Assembly: GCA_965178125.1 (NCBI GenBank) | Contig: OZ237735.1 | Location: 1 to 64,000 of the forward strand | Reading direction: 5' to 3' | Length of the DNA: 64,000 nt | Source of the DNA: Bilabrum cf. latius | Lineage: Eukaryota | Shown: piece by piece, positions 12,453-24,618 of the stretch | Layout of the letters: each line of letters opens with the position of its first letter | How positions within the stretch are numbered: position 1 is the first letter of the stretch | The notes under the pieces: generated by a model | Database searches by the model: none | What the model saw: the letters and a program-made list of their open reading frames with translations, nothing else | Told to the model about the DNA's origin: nothing | Made by a program: the position numbers and the translations under genes

Positions 12453-15400
12453 ATGCAAGCGGGAGATGGAATCGCTCCGCACGTATCCGACGCGTTTTGC
12501 GAGTGAGTTTCTCAGAAGCAGCAGAATGCTACGTAGAGTGTCAGCGAATTTACAACTTCAGCAACCCTTTCAACATGTAAATTTATGCAGAGTTCGTCTG
12601 GAAGTTCGGGCAGAAGTGAAAATGGGCCAGACAGTCTTTGTCACCGGCGACGCTCCACCGCTTGGTGCTTGGCAAGTGGACTAGGCCATGCAGCTTGTGA
12701 CGTCTCCAGATAAGTACCCGATGTGGTTCTCTGCCTCACCAGTTCAATTAGCGGTTGGCCGAGCAGTCAGTTACAAGTACATGCTGTTTTCTGGTGGAGA
12801 CTTCGAGAGATGGGAGAATCTGGATGGGTCCAGATCTGTTACACCAACTGGTAAGAGCAGAATCGGAAGTGTTGCCGCGTGCAAGATTCGTTTTTCATGT
12901 TCATCACCATACCGCGTCACACGCTCCAGCTTTGTTCGCAGGGTCGAGACTTCGAGTTCGTGACCAGTTCGACAGTCTGGCATCCAGCACTGCAGCTGAC
13001 GAGGGCTCATCTTCAGGGCAACCTTCGGCTGTTGCTGCTGATGTAAACTCAGTATTGACCCCTTCTGCATCTGATATGACATCAAATATCATGCCAACAC
13101 CTGCTGGAGGCATTGCTGGTGCTGGTGTCGGGCAGCCCGGCCTGCTCTCAGAGCTAGGACCTTCTTTGCCGGTGCAAGCGGGCACCTCGAAGTGGTCAGG
13201 CCTAGGGCGAGCAGATCCAGTGGTTGTGGACGAGAGGACGACATCGGGAGGACTTGAAGCGGCTCGATCCACGCACTCAGGGCTGCTGCATCCAGCAGCC
13301 GGGCTTTCAGGAGGGCGAGGAGCAGCTCCAGCTGCACCTGGCACGGTGCACCACTCGTGGTCAGAGGCACAGTTGGAGCGGGGTGTTCCCGCTTCGGCTG
13401 TTGCCTTGCAGCGCGCAGCACTTGCAACCGGCAAGTAGGACCAGGGTCGGTCCGAGTAGACAGGCAGTGCGTAGTCCGGTAGTGCCGCGCCGTCAGGCAA
13501 TCTCGGCAGCGGTTCTGGTGCAGCTTCTAATGCGCACGGCGCCGCAAAGCAAGCAGTGGGTATGACAGGTAGCAAGGAATCCGCATCAAAAAGCGATGGC
13601 GCAGCTAAGAAGAAAACAGGCGAAGAAGACGCCGATGGGGAACTGCAGCTTAAGCCCGGCGAGGGCGTGCTAATTGTGCAGAGACGGCTGCCAGTGCGGC
13701 TGTTCCGGAACGAAGACGGTGACTGGCTGGCAGAGATGGACGAAGACAACCTGCTGGCCAGCAAGTAGAAATCGGCCTCGTCTGCAAGTGGATTGAGGCT
13801 AGCCTGGGTTGGACTTCCAGTGTCGGAGCACCCGATTCTGCCAGAGGATCAAGAGGCGGTGAGAGCTGCCTTGCGGCCTCACAACTGTCACCCTGTCTTC
13901 GTCGACCATGGGCTGCAGCAGCAGTGCCTGCATGGGTTCTGTCACGATACTCTGTGGCCTTGCTTCCACAATGTTGTCGACGTGTACGGCGAGATCCCCA
14001 CGCGGTGGTGGAACAGAGACCTTCAGTCCAGTCGGTGGCAGGCCTACACGGCCTTCAACAGGCTGTTCACGCAGAGGATCATCGAAGTGTACTGCCCCGG
14101 AGACCTCGTCTGGGTGCATGGCATCAGCTTGCTTTTGCTACCATCCTTTCTGAAGAGACGGTTGAGGACGGCGTCGAGCATCGGTCTGTTCCTGCACACG
14201 CCGTTCCCGTCTAGCGAGGTATTCCGGACACTCTCTGTAAGGGGAGAGATTCTGCGCGGGATGCTAGCAGCCGATCACGTGGGATTTCACTTGTACGAGT
14301 ACGCTCGGCACTTCATGGCTGCTTGCAGGCGGGTGCTCGGGCTCGAACACAGCGTGCAGGAGAAGGGCAGGTTGGCCGTGAGCTACTAGGGTAGAACGGT
14401 ACTGGTGACATTGTGCCATGCTGGAGTGGAGCCAGACTTGATTAGATTCAAGCTTGCTCTCCCATGGGTCACTGATGCAAGGGACGGCTACCGTTCATAC
14501 TTTGCTGACGCAGGCCACATGTCTAGACGGCCGCAAGCATGGACAAAGCGATCGATCCCTGCGCCAGGCAGCGGTGCCTCCTCCGCGGCCGAGAGCGGCG
14601 CAGAAAGTGATGCGTCGGCAGAGGATGTTGTTAGGAGCAAGCCCACCTCAATGGGTGTCCTAGTGGAGGCCCCGAGGACGCTGGCCTTTACAGATTGTGA
14701 CCGCACGCTGATTACTGACACCTCAACATGGCTTCTGTCACTGGAGGCCAAGCGCAGAGCTGCTTCGAGGGAAATTCACGTGGATAAATCGGCCGAGGAC
14801 TTGTTGCCGAAGGCACTCGCAGCTGGGGAGATACCTGCTGGCACGCTGGCAGCGCACAAAGCAGCAAGCGATGAAATTGCCGGGAAGAAGGAGCTCTTCA
14901 ATGCTTTCGTGGCCATGCTTCGGCGGCCTTTGGAGCAGGTGCGTTTGTTGCCTGCAGCGCCTGGGCCGTAGGACGGCGCGACTGCAGTAGGTACGCCGGG
15001 ACAATTGACCGGAGCTCCGCTTGATCTGTCCAAGTGTCCGCAGAGAAAGCTGCTGTGCGGAATCGATGACGCGGATCGGCTGGGTGGTGTAACGTTGAAG
15101 CTCCTTGCCCTTGAACAGCTGCTGAGACGGATGCCACAGTGGCGCGATCGTGTTGCTCTGCTCCAGGTTGTGGCACACTCCAGCTCAGATGGCAGCGCCG
15201 CCCACGCCAAAGCAATTGAAGCTCGCGCGATTGCCAGGCGAATAAATGCACAGTTTGGTCGTGGCATCGGCGGCCCAGTTGTGTTCTTGTTGGAGCGACT
15301 CGGACGCCCTAACCTTGCAAATCGACTGGCCCTGTGGGCCTCCTGCGATGTATGGCTGAGCACCCGAATAAGATGCGGGCTATCCTTGGACCCGTTCGAG

Positions 15401-17788
15401 TTTGTTCTTTCCAGGTCAAAACCGGCTGGAGTCATCGTTGTGAGTGAATTTGATGCAGCCTCTCGGGTGCTTGGCGGCTCTTTGCGGGTCAACCCCTTCC
15501 GCTCGGAGGAGGTTGTGGCAGCGCTGGACCTAGCCCTGTCCATGAACAAAGAGGAGGCATCCGCTCGGCACGCTGTATCAGCCAGGTTCGTGCACTCCTG
15601 CACAACTAGCATGTGGGCAAAGCGCGTTCTGCTGGACCTGAAACGGGCGCAACAGCGCGTCCAGGGCATTGATTTCGAGTCGTACGGCCTTGGGCTGGGA
15701 TTCCGAGTCATGGGATTTGGCGAGAATTTCAAAGCACTTCGAATCGATAGCGTAGTTGCTGCCTACAAGAAGGCCAGGAGGAGGCTCATTCTGACCGATT
15801 TTGGCGGAACCCTTCCCACTTTGGACCCCACGACTCTGAAGTCTGGACTGCTCGGCCACTTGCAGTCCAGCTCCAGTGTTGCAGCGCAAGGAGCAGCTCT
15901 TGTCCACCAGAGAGACCGTGAATCGCCTCTATCTAGAGAGACGAGTGAAAGCCTTCGATCTCTAGCACAGGACCGGCGGAACACTGTGTTTGTTCTCTCC
16001 GGGCGAGACCGGCGGGTCATGGCCAGCATATTCAAGGACCTGCCGGAAGTGGGGCTTGCCGCAGAGCATGGGTTCGTCTTCAATTTTGGTGGGCAGACGT
16101 CAACTTAGGATCGAAAGTGGCAGTACTTACTGCAATCCTTTGACGAGTCTTGGCTCGATGTGACTGCTCGTGTCATGGAGCTCTACGCTGCTAGGACGAA
16201 CGGCGCGTACGTTTCAAGAAAGCCATCTGCCGTAGCGTGGAACTATGGCAACGCTGACAAGGATTTTGGTTCCATGCAAGCTAAGGAGCTCAATGATCAC
16301 TTGCTGGGGGTGTTAGCAGGCGCACCAGTTGAGGTGGTGACTGGGCATGACTCCGTCGAGGTGCGTCCGAGGGGCGTGAACAAGGGGACTGTCGCGTGGC
16401 GGCTCATGGACGTTGCAGAAGGCGTAGAGATCCCGGCACCAGCAACGAGCGTTGGCGATAGCATGGAAGAGCAGAAGCCGTTGCCGACGAAAGGTCCAGC
16501 CGGGTCAGATAACCGCATGTCTATGGCATCCTCTGATGTCATCATGCGGGCGCACTCTACTAGTAGTGCTGCATCGACTGGATCTGGAAATGGGGGCATA
16601 TCAGGCGCTAACCGGCCAGGCTTTGACTTCATTCTTGCGATTGGCGATGATGCGGCAGATGAAATGCTGTTCAGCGCGATCGAGAGCAGAACTGCTCAGC
16701 GGGTGCTCCTCGCTCGTCCACAGGTAGCTTCGGGTGACAGCGTGGTTGGACCGGCAGATTCCAAGCAGGACGCTTCAGCTATCTCCGTTGCGTCTGGAGC
16801 CTCAAGCCTTGCCGCATCCCAGCATTCGGACCGAAGCGAGTCGCACGCTCACCATCCTGGTCAAGTCGACCCATCGAAATTGGGGGTGGCCGCGCCTGCC
16901 AAACCAAGGAGTCGGACCGGTTCGTCGTTTTCAGCGACATCCAACACGCCCGGGATGTTGGCCCCTACTTCTCCGGGCCACATGTCACCCGGCTCCGCTG
17001 CGGCTGCTTCGTCAACTAGAGCCGTGGGTGGCCGCACCTACACCCGGCCGCAGACCTTCACGGTCACCGTGGGAAAGAAGCCCTCCGCTGCCGGTTTCTT
17101 CGTCGATGACCCTCATTCGGTGGAAGAGCTGCTGCGGGGGCTTGCCCGCTCGACTGCGAAATCAAGGCTGCATCACTCCATGGTAGACTTGCGCACCGTG
17201 GATCACTCTTCGTCGTGGATTGGAAGGCGGCAGCAGGCGAGCTCTGGGTCGGGTCCTTTGGGTGGGTTATCAGCGGGTTCTCTCGAGGGAATCGAGGCGG
17301 AGTAGGGCACGGTAGGTGAAGTAGCCTTGGATTGGTCAGCAACGACATCGAGTGGCGGCGGCGATGCAGTGCCAGGCATGCCGCACGCAGCGGCACCAGA
17401 TGGCGAGATGGGCTGGGCGCCTGGTCTGCAAGGCGCCGCGGACGCGTGGCAAGGGACCACCGCAGGGTAGGGCATGCGGTCTGCTGTTTCCATGCCAACT
17501 CTTTCCGGTGACATGTCTCTGCACCTTGGGGATTCCTCCCCATTCGGCCACCTGGGTGGTCATGCAAGTGCAGGCCCCGGCGTTGGTGGGCCAAATACCG
17601 CTGCGATTACTTCCAGCGGACTCGCAGGACAGAGCTAGGATGGTGGGGCAACCAGTGCAGGTCTGTCTGGGCCGATAAGCGGCGGCCCGACAGTCGGTTC
17701 GAGCAGGCTGTCGCGGCAGCCAATCTCGGGGAACATGGTGGAGTACTTTTAGCAGATTCAGGAGCAGGACACGCCTCTGGGATTCTGA
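12453..17788 (+). CDS. CBM20 + trehalose-6-phosphate synthase (GT20) + trehalose-phosphatase (HAD) fusion, about 1718 aa
   Basis: CBM20-like GQTVFVTGDAPPLGAW...YPMW...YKY...RWE; GT20 motifs LWPCFH, GLFLHTPFPSSEVFR and RVNPF; HAD motifs FVLSGR, GLAAEHG, VEVRPRGVNKG, AIGDD and TVTVGKKPSAA. Introns 12503-12590 and 12851-12941; 12 in-frame TAGs; TGA stop. Confidence 0.9.
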
Positions 17789-17884
17789 TGCTAATTGTGC
17801 ACGGACAGACGTGGGATCGTGGACGGTTGCGCACGGTCTCCAAAATTGTATTCGCGGAACCCAATTAAATCAAGAGACGAAACG

Positions 17885-18846
17885 TCATGCCAGAGCATCA
17901 ATCAGCGAGGCCTTGAGGTCTCCGGCCAGCGAAGTGGTTGGCTTGCTTGCGCCAGCTCCCGATGAGCTGCCCTCCATCGGGGCAGCCCCAGCATCATCAC
18001 CCCCTTCCATAGGTGCAGCACCCCCACCAGCACCCCCGGCCGCGGCTCCAGCTGCGGCATCATCTTCCTCTTCGTCCAACCGGAAGATGCTCTCAATCAC
18101 ACCGATCTCAGTCGAAGTCGTGTCCAAGCCACAGAATGCGCACCAGTCGTTCACGATGAGGCCCCCGCCAATGACGTCACTGCCACGATTGACGGTTCCA
18201 GCGACGAGCGGGACCTGCAAAAGGGCCGCCAGCTCTTCCTGGTCTTCGAGTGATGTCTTCGGGTGAACCATTCCGCCCTAGTTGCTGAAAACACAGAAAG
18301 AACCAACCAAGGCATTGCTAGCGATAGTCTATCTGAAAACTTCGACACCAAGGACATCTGCCACAATCTCTTCGGTTTCCCTGTCAAGATCAGGGTGCAC
18401 TAGGGCAACGTGGTCGTTGCAAGCGATGCAGTTGCCGAGGGCGGACAGGCGCTCGTCAACTCGCTGCACCTTCACAGCGTCAGGCAGGCTATTCCTAAGA
18501 TGCAGAAGCTCTTGATCAGTTGCAGTATTGGGAACGAGTAGGCCGTTCTTGTTTCCAACGGCAACCCTGCCGACATATCGGCCGCCCCCAATCGAGCACT
18601 GAACGACGGGAATGTGGCTTGACAGCTCGTTCTCAAATACGCTGTAAAAACCAGCGGAACCCCCAACACAAACAAGTGCGTATGCATTGGTGACCCTGGC
18701 GAATACCCCAATTTCATTGTTACCCTCAAACGATGTGCCTGCGATAGAAGTCACGGGACGGGAACGAGTGAGCTGGCAGTGCCGTACGCGCGAAGGCGAT
18801 CGATCGTATGCTGCAACCTCAAGACCATTAACTAACGAGTCGCCAT
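17885..18846 (-). CDS. EIF6: Eukaryotic translation initiation factor 6, 287 aa
   Basis: MATR...[23 protein letters not shown] and [15 protein letters not shown]. Intron 18739-18836; TAG at 18329-18331 and 18278-18280; TGA stop. Confidence 0.97.
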
Positions 18847-19010
18847 TTCGAGACTTGTGAATCCGGACTTGTACTGTGATCGATGTCGACCAGTGTGGAA
18901 AAGTTGTCGCTGGGTTCTCTACGCCGCGCATTAATGGGTGGTTGGTTCCGCAACTCGATGGAAAAGTTGAGCAAATCCGGATGTTGCATTCGCCGGTGGT
19001 ACGTTGGACT

Positions 19011-20807
19011 TCAAGATGCAGCGGTTCTCCCTTGCCCCGGTGCCTGGTGTCCAGATCCTGTGAACTGCCGAATTCGGCCGGTGACCCTGCCTGCTTGCGA
19101 CGTAAGCAGCGCATTTGCACCGACCAAAAACCGGCCACCCATCGCCGTGTCTACAGCAAGCACAACAGCAACTGCCACAGCTAGTCCGGGAGCACCCCCA
19201 CCAAGGATAGCAGCAGCCACAGATGCCACCCACAGCGCCGATAGGGCAGTTCGTACTCCGAAGATGAGCCCCCGCCCGGTGCCCCCAGGAAGCGGCAGCG
19301 ACTCCTCCGGCATCGAAGCGGCCAGCACGATGCCCCCCACCACTGCCACGCCCACTGCCGCCAAGAAACCGGCCTTGCCCCGCCGGCCCAGCGCCCCCGC
19401 CACGCGCTGTGCTGCATAGGATAGCACGCCCATGGCTGCCACAGAGTGCGCCAGCTTAGGTGACCGCAGCAGCGCCGTGGCCACTTCCACGAATCCCCGC
19501 GGCGCCGCTGGGTGCCTCACCACCCCACGCACCATGGTCACCACGTGGATCGAGAGCAGGGCGCACAGCCACAGCAGCAGCAAGGCACCACGCCACACAG
19601 CCTCCGTCTCCCAGGCCTACTCCTAGGCGCTCAGGCCCGGGAGAACACTGCCAGCGGTGGCTTCTTGAGACGAAACCGCCGCACCCCTTCCAGCGGGTGA
19701 GTCTCCCGACGCGTGGGGCGGAGGCACTGGCGCGAGCGGCTCGCTGCTTGCCTCGTCCTTGGCATCGTTCTGAGGTGATGGTTCATTCCTTCCAACTGCT
19801 GCATCTGGCTGAGGATCAGCTGCCTCGTCGGAACGGGCGCCTCGCTTCTGTTCGGACTGGCTGGCTTGTTTCGGCCGCTTGCCGCGCTTGCCTCCTTTGC
19901 GCCGCCTCAGCCCGTCGCTGGTACTAGGAATAGTCTCCGTGGCAGCACTATCTACGGAGTCAGGCCCTGGACTAGTTGTGGCTTTATCCGTCCCTCGCTT
20001 CAGCCCTTCAGGAGGGGCATTTGTCGCGGGAGCTTCGGTCTACGCATCAAATTCCCGCTCTGTCGGGGAGGCGAGCACGCTTGCTGTAGCGGAGCTGAGG
20101 GCCATGATGCCACCGTACATAAGGGCCTGTGCAAAGGCTTTGCTCCATCCACCTGAAACCCACCCCAACAATATACTCAGTCGCTCAGGGGCCAACGCAG
20201 CCGGTAAGCAGCGGGCAGCAATGATGCCAACAGCAGCGAACCCGCCATGCAGGGCATAGCTTGACGCCCCTACCACTGGAGATTGCGGCGAGTTCAATGG
20301 CTTGCCGCATCGCAAATACGAAATCAGCACGGATGCAAGGACTATTCCTGCACAGGCCAGCCCAGCCACGTCTGACGCGACAGACAGCAGCAAGGGGTGC
20401 CTTGTTATGTACGAAAGGAGCCCCGATGAGGACAGCTACTTCGACATAGATGCGTGCTGTTGTACCATTTCCACAAGGGTCGCAGCGTCTCGGTACAGTC
20501 TGCCGTCAACTACAACCATGGCGCACGCGCTCGCTGCCGCTACCGCGAGACAAATATCCAAAGCTACAGACCACAGTGGACGGAGTCCGCTCGGGTTTGA
20601 AACAGCACTCTTCTTTGAACCAGACGTGCGTGACAGTGCCCGACCGGGCCGTAGAGACGAGAGTGGTGCTAGCATCCTCGCAGAGCCGCTCAACACAATA
20701 CATGCGGCAACGTTAAGCATTAAAAAACTGACCGACGACAGCTCTAACACTGAAAAGGAGTCTAATTTGCTACCAACTGAGGTTGATCCGAGGGAAATTT
20801 GAGGCAT
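19011..20807 (-). CDS. Hypothetical multi-pass membrane protein, about 598 aa
   Basis: Three same-frame ORF fragments joined through four TAGs; hydrophobic segments flank a charged loop; TGA stop. Confidence 0.6.
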
Positions 20808-20959
20808 GGCTTGGCTCTGCAGGGAGTTTGGCCTCGCGGGTATACCACCACTGGCAGTGGTGGTGCCGCCAGCGTGCACTGCACTTTGAACACGCCCATC
20901 GCACACCCTGGCATGCTATCGCAATTGTCGTGGAATGTACTAGACAACTTACAGACAAG

Positions 20960-23900
20960 TCATGGTCGCATCTGGTGCCTGCCGGTGGTTGGGTCCTTGC
21001 TGCACGGACAACCGGGGCAGCCAGTGCACCCACATTCACTTTGGTCCAACGGGACAATCTAGCCATAAATAGGCCCAGTCTTGCTCCACAGCGTGGTGTA
21101 CGGGCTTCCCTCGTCCAGGGCTGGCAGGGCACCAGGCGTACAAGCGGATACTCCCCGCAGCGAAGCCTCCCTGCCGGCAGCTTCCGCAATCGACTTCGTT
21201 CTTCTATCTGTCTCTTGCGAGGGCAAGTAGAACACATAGAAGATGAAGCGCATCGTCATGTTGCCATTGCTAGCCGCCAGAAAGCCATTGCTAGACTGTA
21301 GCGTCGCGTTGAAGTGCCCATACGGGCCCGGGTTCGTGGCCGTCGCCTGGCAGCCCGCGTCAGGGAACACGCACGAGGGCATGCCAGCGGGCTGCAAGCA
21401 TGGAGTCGTCTCGTACGTAAATGTATTGGTGATGGCCCTGTGGGAATAGTCGTATCTGCCCACGGCACCACCTGGTTGGCCGTAGATAGTGGACACGCCC
21501 AGCTGCCTCAACTCGAGGGTCACCATGCTGTTGGCGGCGGCCGAGCTGTTGCCCTCCCCTAGTGCCGCAGCTTCCGTGACATTTGCTCCCCCCAACAGGT
21601 ACGCCTGAGCCCACAGCAGCCGGGTTCCCGAGAATCCTGTCGACCCGTTTCGAAACGAGCCGAGTGCAGATGCCTCGCCGCTCGCGCCCGCATGGGGAGG
21701 CGCAGGCAGGTTGAAGAGAGCAGTGCCAGTGGCATTAAGCTGCGCAAATTTCTCGGGTTCCGCTGCTTGCGGGATGTCCAGCATGACCCACATTTTCTGT
21801 CCGGAGAACTGCCCCAGCTGGCTCTGCTCGTCCTGCGAGAGCGTCTCTGCGATGCTCTTCACGGACTGGCTGTACGGGATGGTTGGAAACTCGGCGCTGA
21901 ACGGAGATAGGGACAGCGTTTGGTACTCCACCACCTCAGCGTACAAGTCTCGCAGCAGCACGCCAGATCCAACCTGGCGGAAGGCATGCACGGCGGCCAG
22001 GCCCGCGTCCATCGCGTCGTAGAATGACGGGCCCGACGCGTTCGTTGCATTCGTCGGTAGCGCTTGGAGCAAAGCTTCGGCTGCTTGCAAGCATCCACCC
22101 GCAAGGTCGACAGCCATGGAGTGGTACTGGGCGATGCCTGCTGCTGACTGGAAATCAAGGGACGCGGCGATCCAGGCCGTCGTGGCGTTCGCTAAATCCG
22201 TGCCTGCATACGTGAGCATGGTATCAGCGCCGACCACTCCACTTGCGGCGGCGCCTGCTAACAGCTTGGATACGCCGAACTGAACAGCTTCGGATGCTGC
22301 TGATCGGCGAAGCGCCATTAGCAGCGGGGTGGGCAACGCCTCCGAGGGCAGCCCCGCCCCGCCATTTGCCAGAGCGGGGGCGTCCGCAGCTAGCGCATCG
22401 ACAGTCGGGCCCGTGCTGTTGACAGCGTGCGCCATCAAGGCAACTGTAGGCTGAGCCTCGGGGGCGGCACTGCAGGTGGAAGCGTTTGACTAGCACAGGG
22501 AATCCAGTGCCACCACGAGACCCCCTCCGGCCAGAGCAGCCGCATCCATCGAGGCTTGCAGCGACTGGTCAAGCTCCCCCACATAGCTTCCTTGCGACCC
22601 TGCCGTCACGATGAGATCTAAGCCTACGAGCGACTGCAAGGTTGGATGCAGCGAGCCCCACCACCCAGGAAACGTGCTCGGAATCTGGGTGGGGATCTGC
22701 GCAGTGGCATGGTTGACTGTAGCCACCAGAGAGTCCATCGCGGCAGCAACAAAGGCACCGGGCGTAGCGGGGGAGTGCTGCAGGGCTGCAACTCGGCTGA
22801 CTTGGAGGGCCACCTCTTGGCTGAGCATGAGCACGTCAGCGGCAGCGCTTGACCTGGCCTACTCCCAATCGCGGGTGTTTTGCTCCCACTTGGCCTGTAG
22901 CTCGGTCGTGAACGAGCTGAGCGCGCCAGACACGACAGGAGCAGCCAAGCTCACATTACCGGCTGCCTGGACGAAAGAATCCACAGCAGCCTCTGTGGTG
23001 GCACAGTCCGCCTCGATCTGCGGCCTAGCCTGCTGGTAGGTTGCGAAAGTCTTGGGCAGCAGGGTGGATGACAGGTTGTAGCCAGTCAGGTCAACTCCCT
23101 TGCGAAGTAGCGCGGCAGCCCTGCACGAGGTCTCGATGGCGAGAGGAACTCCCTCTCCCAGCACTGCGCCGCAGGATCGCAGCTCCTCGCACGTCTGGCT
23201 GAAGGCCTCGAGGGCCTCGGTGGATCGGTTGGCCTCCACGGCTGCTCCGCCGCCCTCCACGACCGCTGCAACGGCTGCCGTGGCGTTGCAGCACACACGG
23301 GGGAGCGGCTGCACGGGGGGAGCAGCGCAACCCTCGTCCGGCACTCCCGGTGGCGCGCATATGGAGCCGTTGGTCACTGCAAACTATATCGTGCGACGAA
23401 TACGCTGCAGGGTGGTGTCGTTCAGCATGGGAAAGTTGGTGGTCGTCAGCAGAGAGGTGACTGGGCGCATCCTGTAGTGCACAGGCACCGGCGAGCCCGT
23501 TTGTACCAGTGACGCAGCAAGAAAGCTGGATTGGTCTTGGCAGCGGGTCCCGCCGCAAGGAGGCGGTTTCCCGCCCAGACCCCCGGTCTGATTGCTCGTT
23601 CTGGTGTCGTTGACCGCCACAAATGCCCAGTAGTCAGGGTCGCTAGGCTGCAAATTTGCCCCTACGTCCGCGTAAAAGCCAAGCTGCAAGGCGCTCCAAA
23701 CATCGGTAACGTTTGGATTGGTTGCTAGCGACTCCCAAGAGGTCGCATTGAATCCCTATAGATCGGCAGCGAGCAAACCAAGGTCAACACCTGTTGCAAA
23801 CAAAGTCCCGTACGCATTTACAAAGGCCGTGAACTGCCCAATATCTCTCTTGGTAGCCTGTGCTAGCTCTGTGACTGCTTGGATGAAATCAGGATGGAGA

Positions 23901-24515
23901 TCGGCAGGCGAAGTTGAGATGTCCATGGAGTAGGACCTGCACAAGGAGCTGGAGTACACGAAGACATCGCTTGGCCCGTCAGCGCACCATTGTGGACCAG
24001 GATTGAAGAAAGCTGAATAGTCTGCGATAGTAAGGGCCACGGTGAGGCGCTTGGGCTGCTGCTGAGAGGCACAAGTGCGACGGCAGTGCGATCCCAGCCC
24101 CGAGAGGCTCACCTTCGTTCAAAGACGTGGCGCGGGGAATTACAAAGTCCAGCTCATCAGAGTACTCGTCGACGTCGATGAAACCACCAATAGCATCCTG
24201 AACATATCCGCTGGCGTTCCGAACCTCCCACGCCGCGCTTTGATACACTTGCCAAGAGCAGTTGATATTCCTTCGTACTTGCACGTTCCCTGGAACCATT
24301 CGTCCTTCAAATACGTACGTGTTTGTCTCTTCATTCAGCGAAAAAATTGGATCATCCAAGAAGCCGTGGTCTGCAGCGCTAACATTGATCTGAAGTGGAT
24401 TCCCGCGTATTGGATCGTAGCCATGGGTCATAGCCTCGAGGCCTGGGAACACATCAACTGCTTTGCCAACGCCAGCAAGAATTATACAAGATAATGTGCC
24501 TACCACGGTCTTCAT
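20960..24515 (-). CDS. Secreted MACPF/perforin-like protein A with long C-terminal region, about 1154 aa
   Basis: Signal peptide; PGLEAMTHGYDPIRGNP...GF...PIF; signature-like FVNAYGTLFATGVDLG; PVPVHYRMRPVTSLL. Intron 24022-24112; five TAGs; TGA stop. Confidence 0.82.
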
Positions 24516-24618
24516 GACGTCTTGACTATGGATCGGTTGCCTGTCCTTGATGCACCTAATTTTGTGCTTCATCTTCGCCATCACCATGGCAACAAATGAG
24601 CCTGGCACACGCACGTCA

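Noticed and set aside
17885-18080. Gly/Ala/acidic insertion near the eIF6 C-terminus, plus similar low-complexity inserts in AP-2 alpha, RAD51C and NEK
   Set aside because: Such inserts occur in most genes of this window and appear to be a genome-wide compositional trait rather than a specific system.
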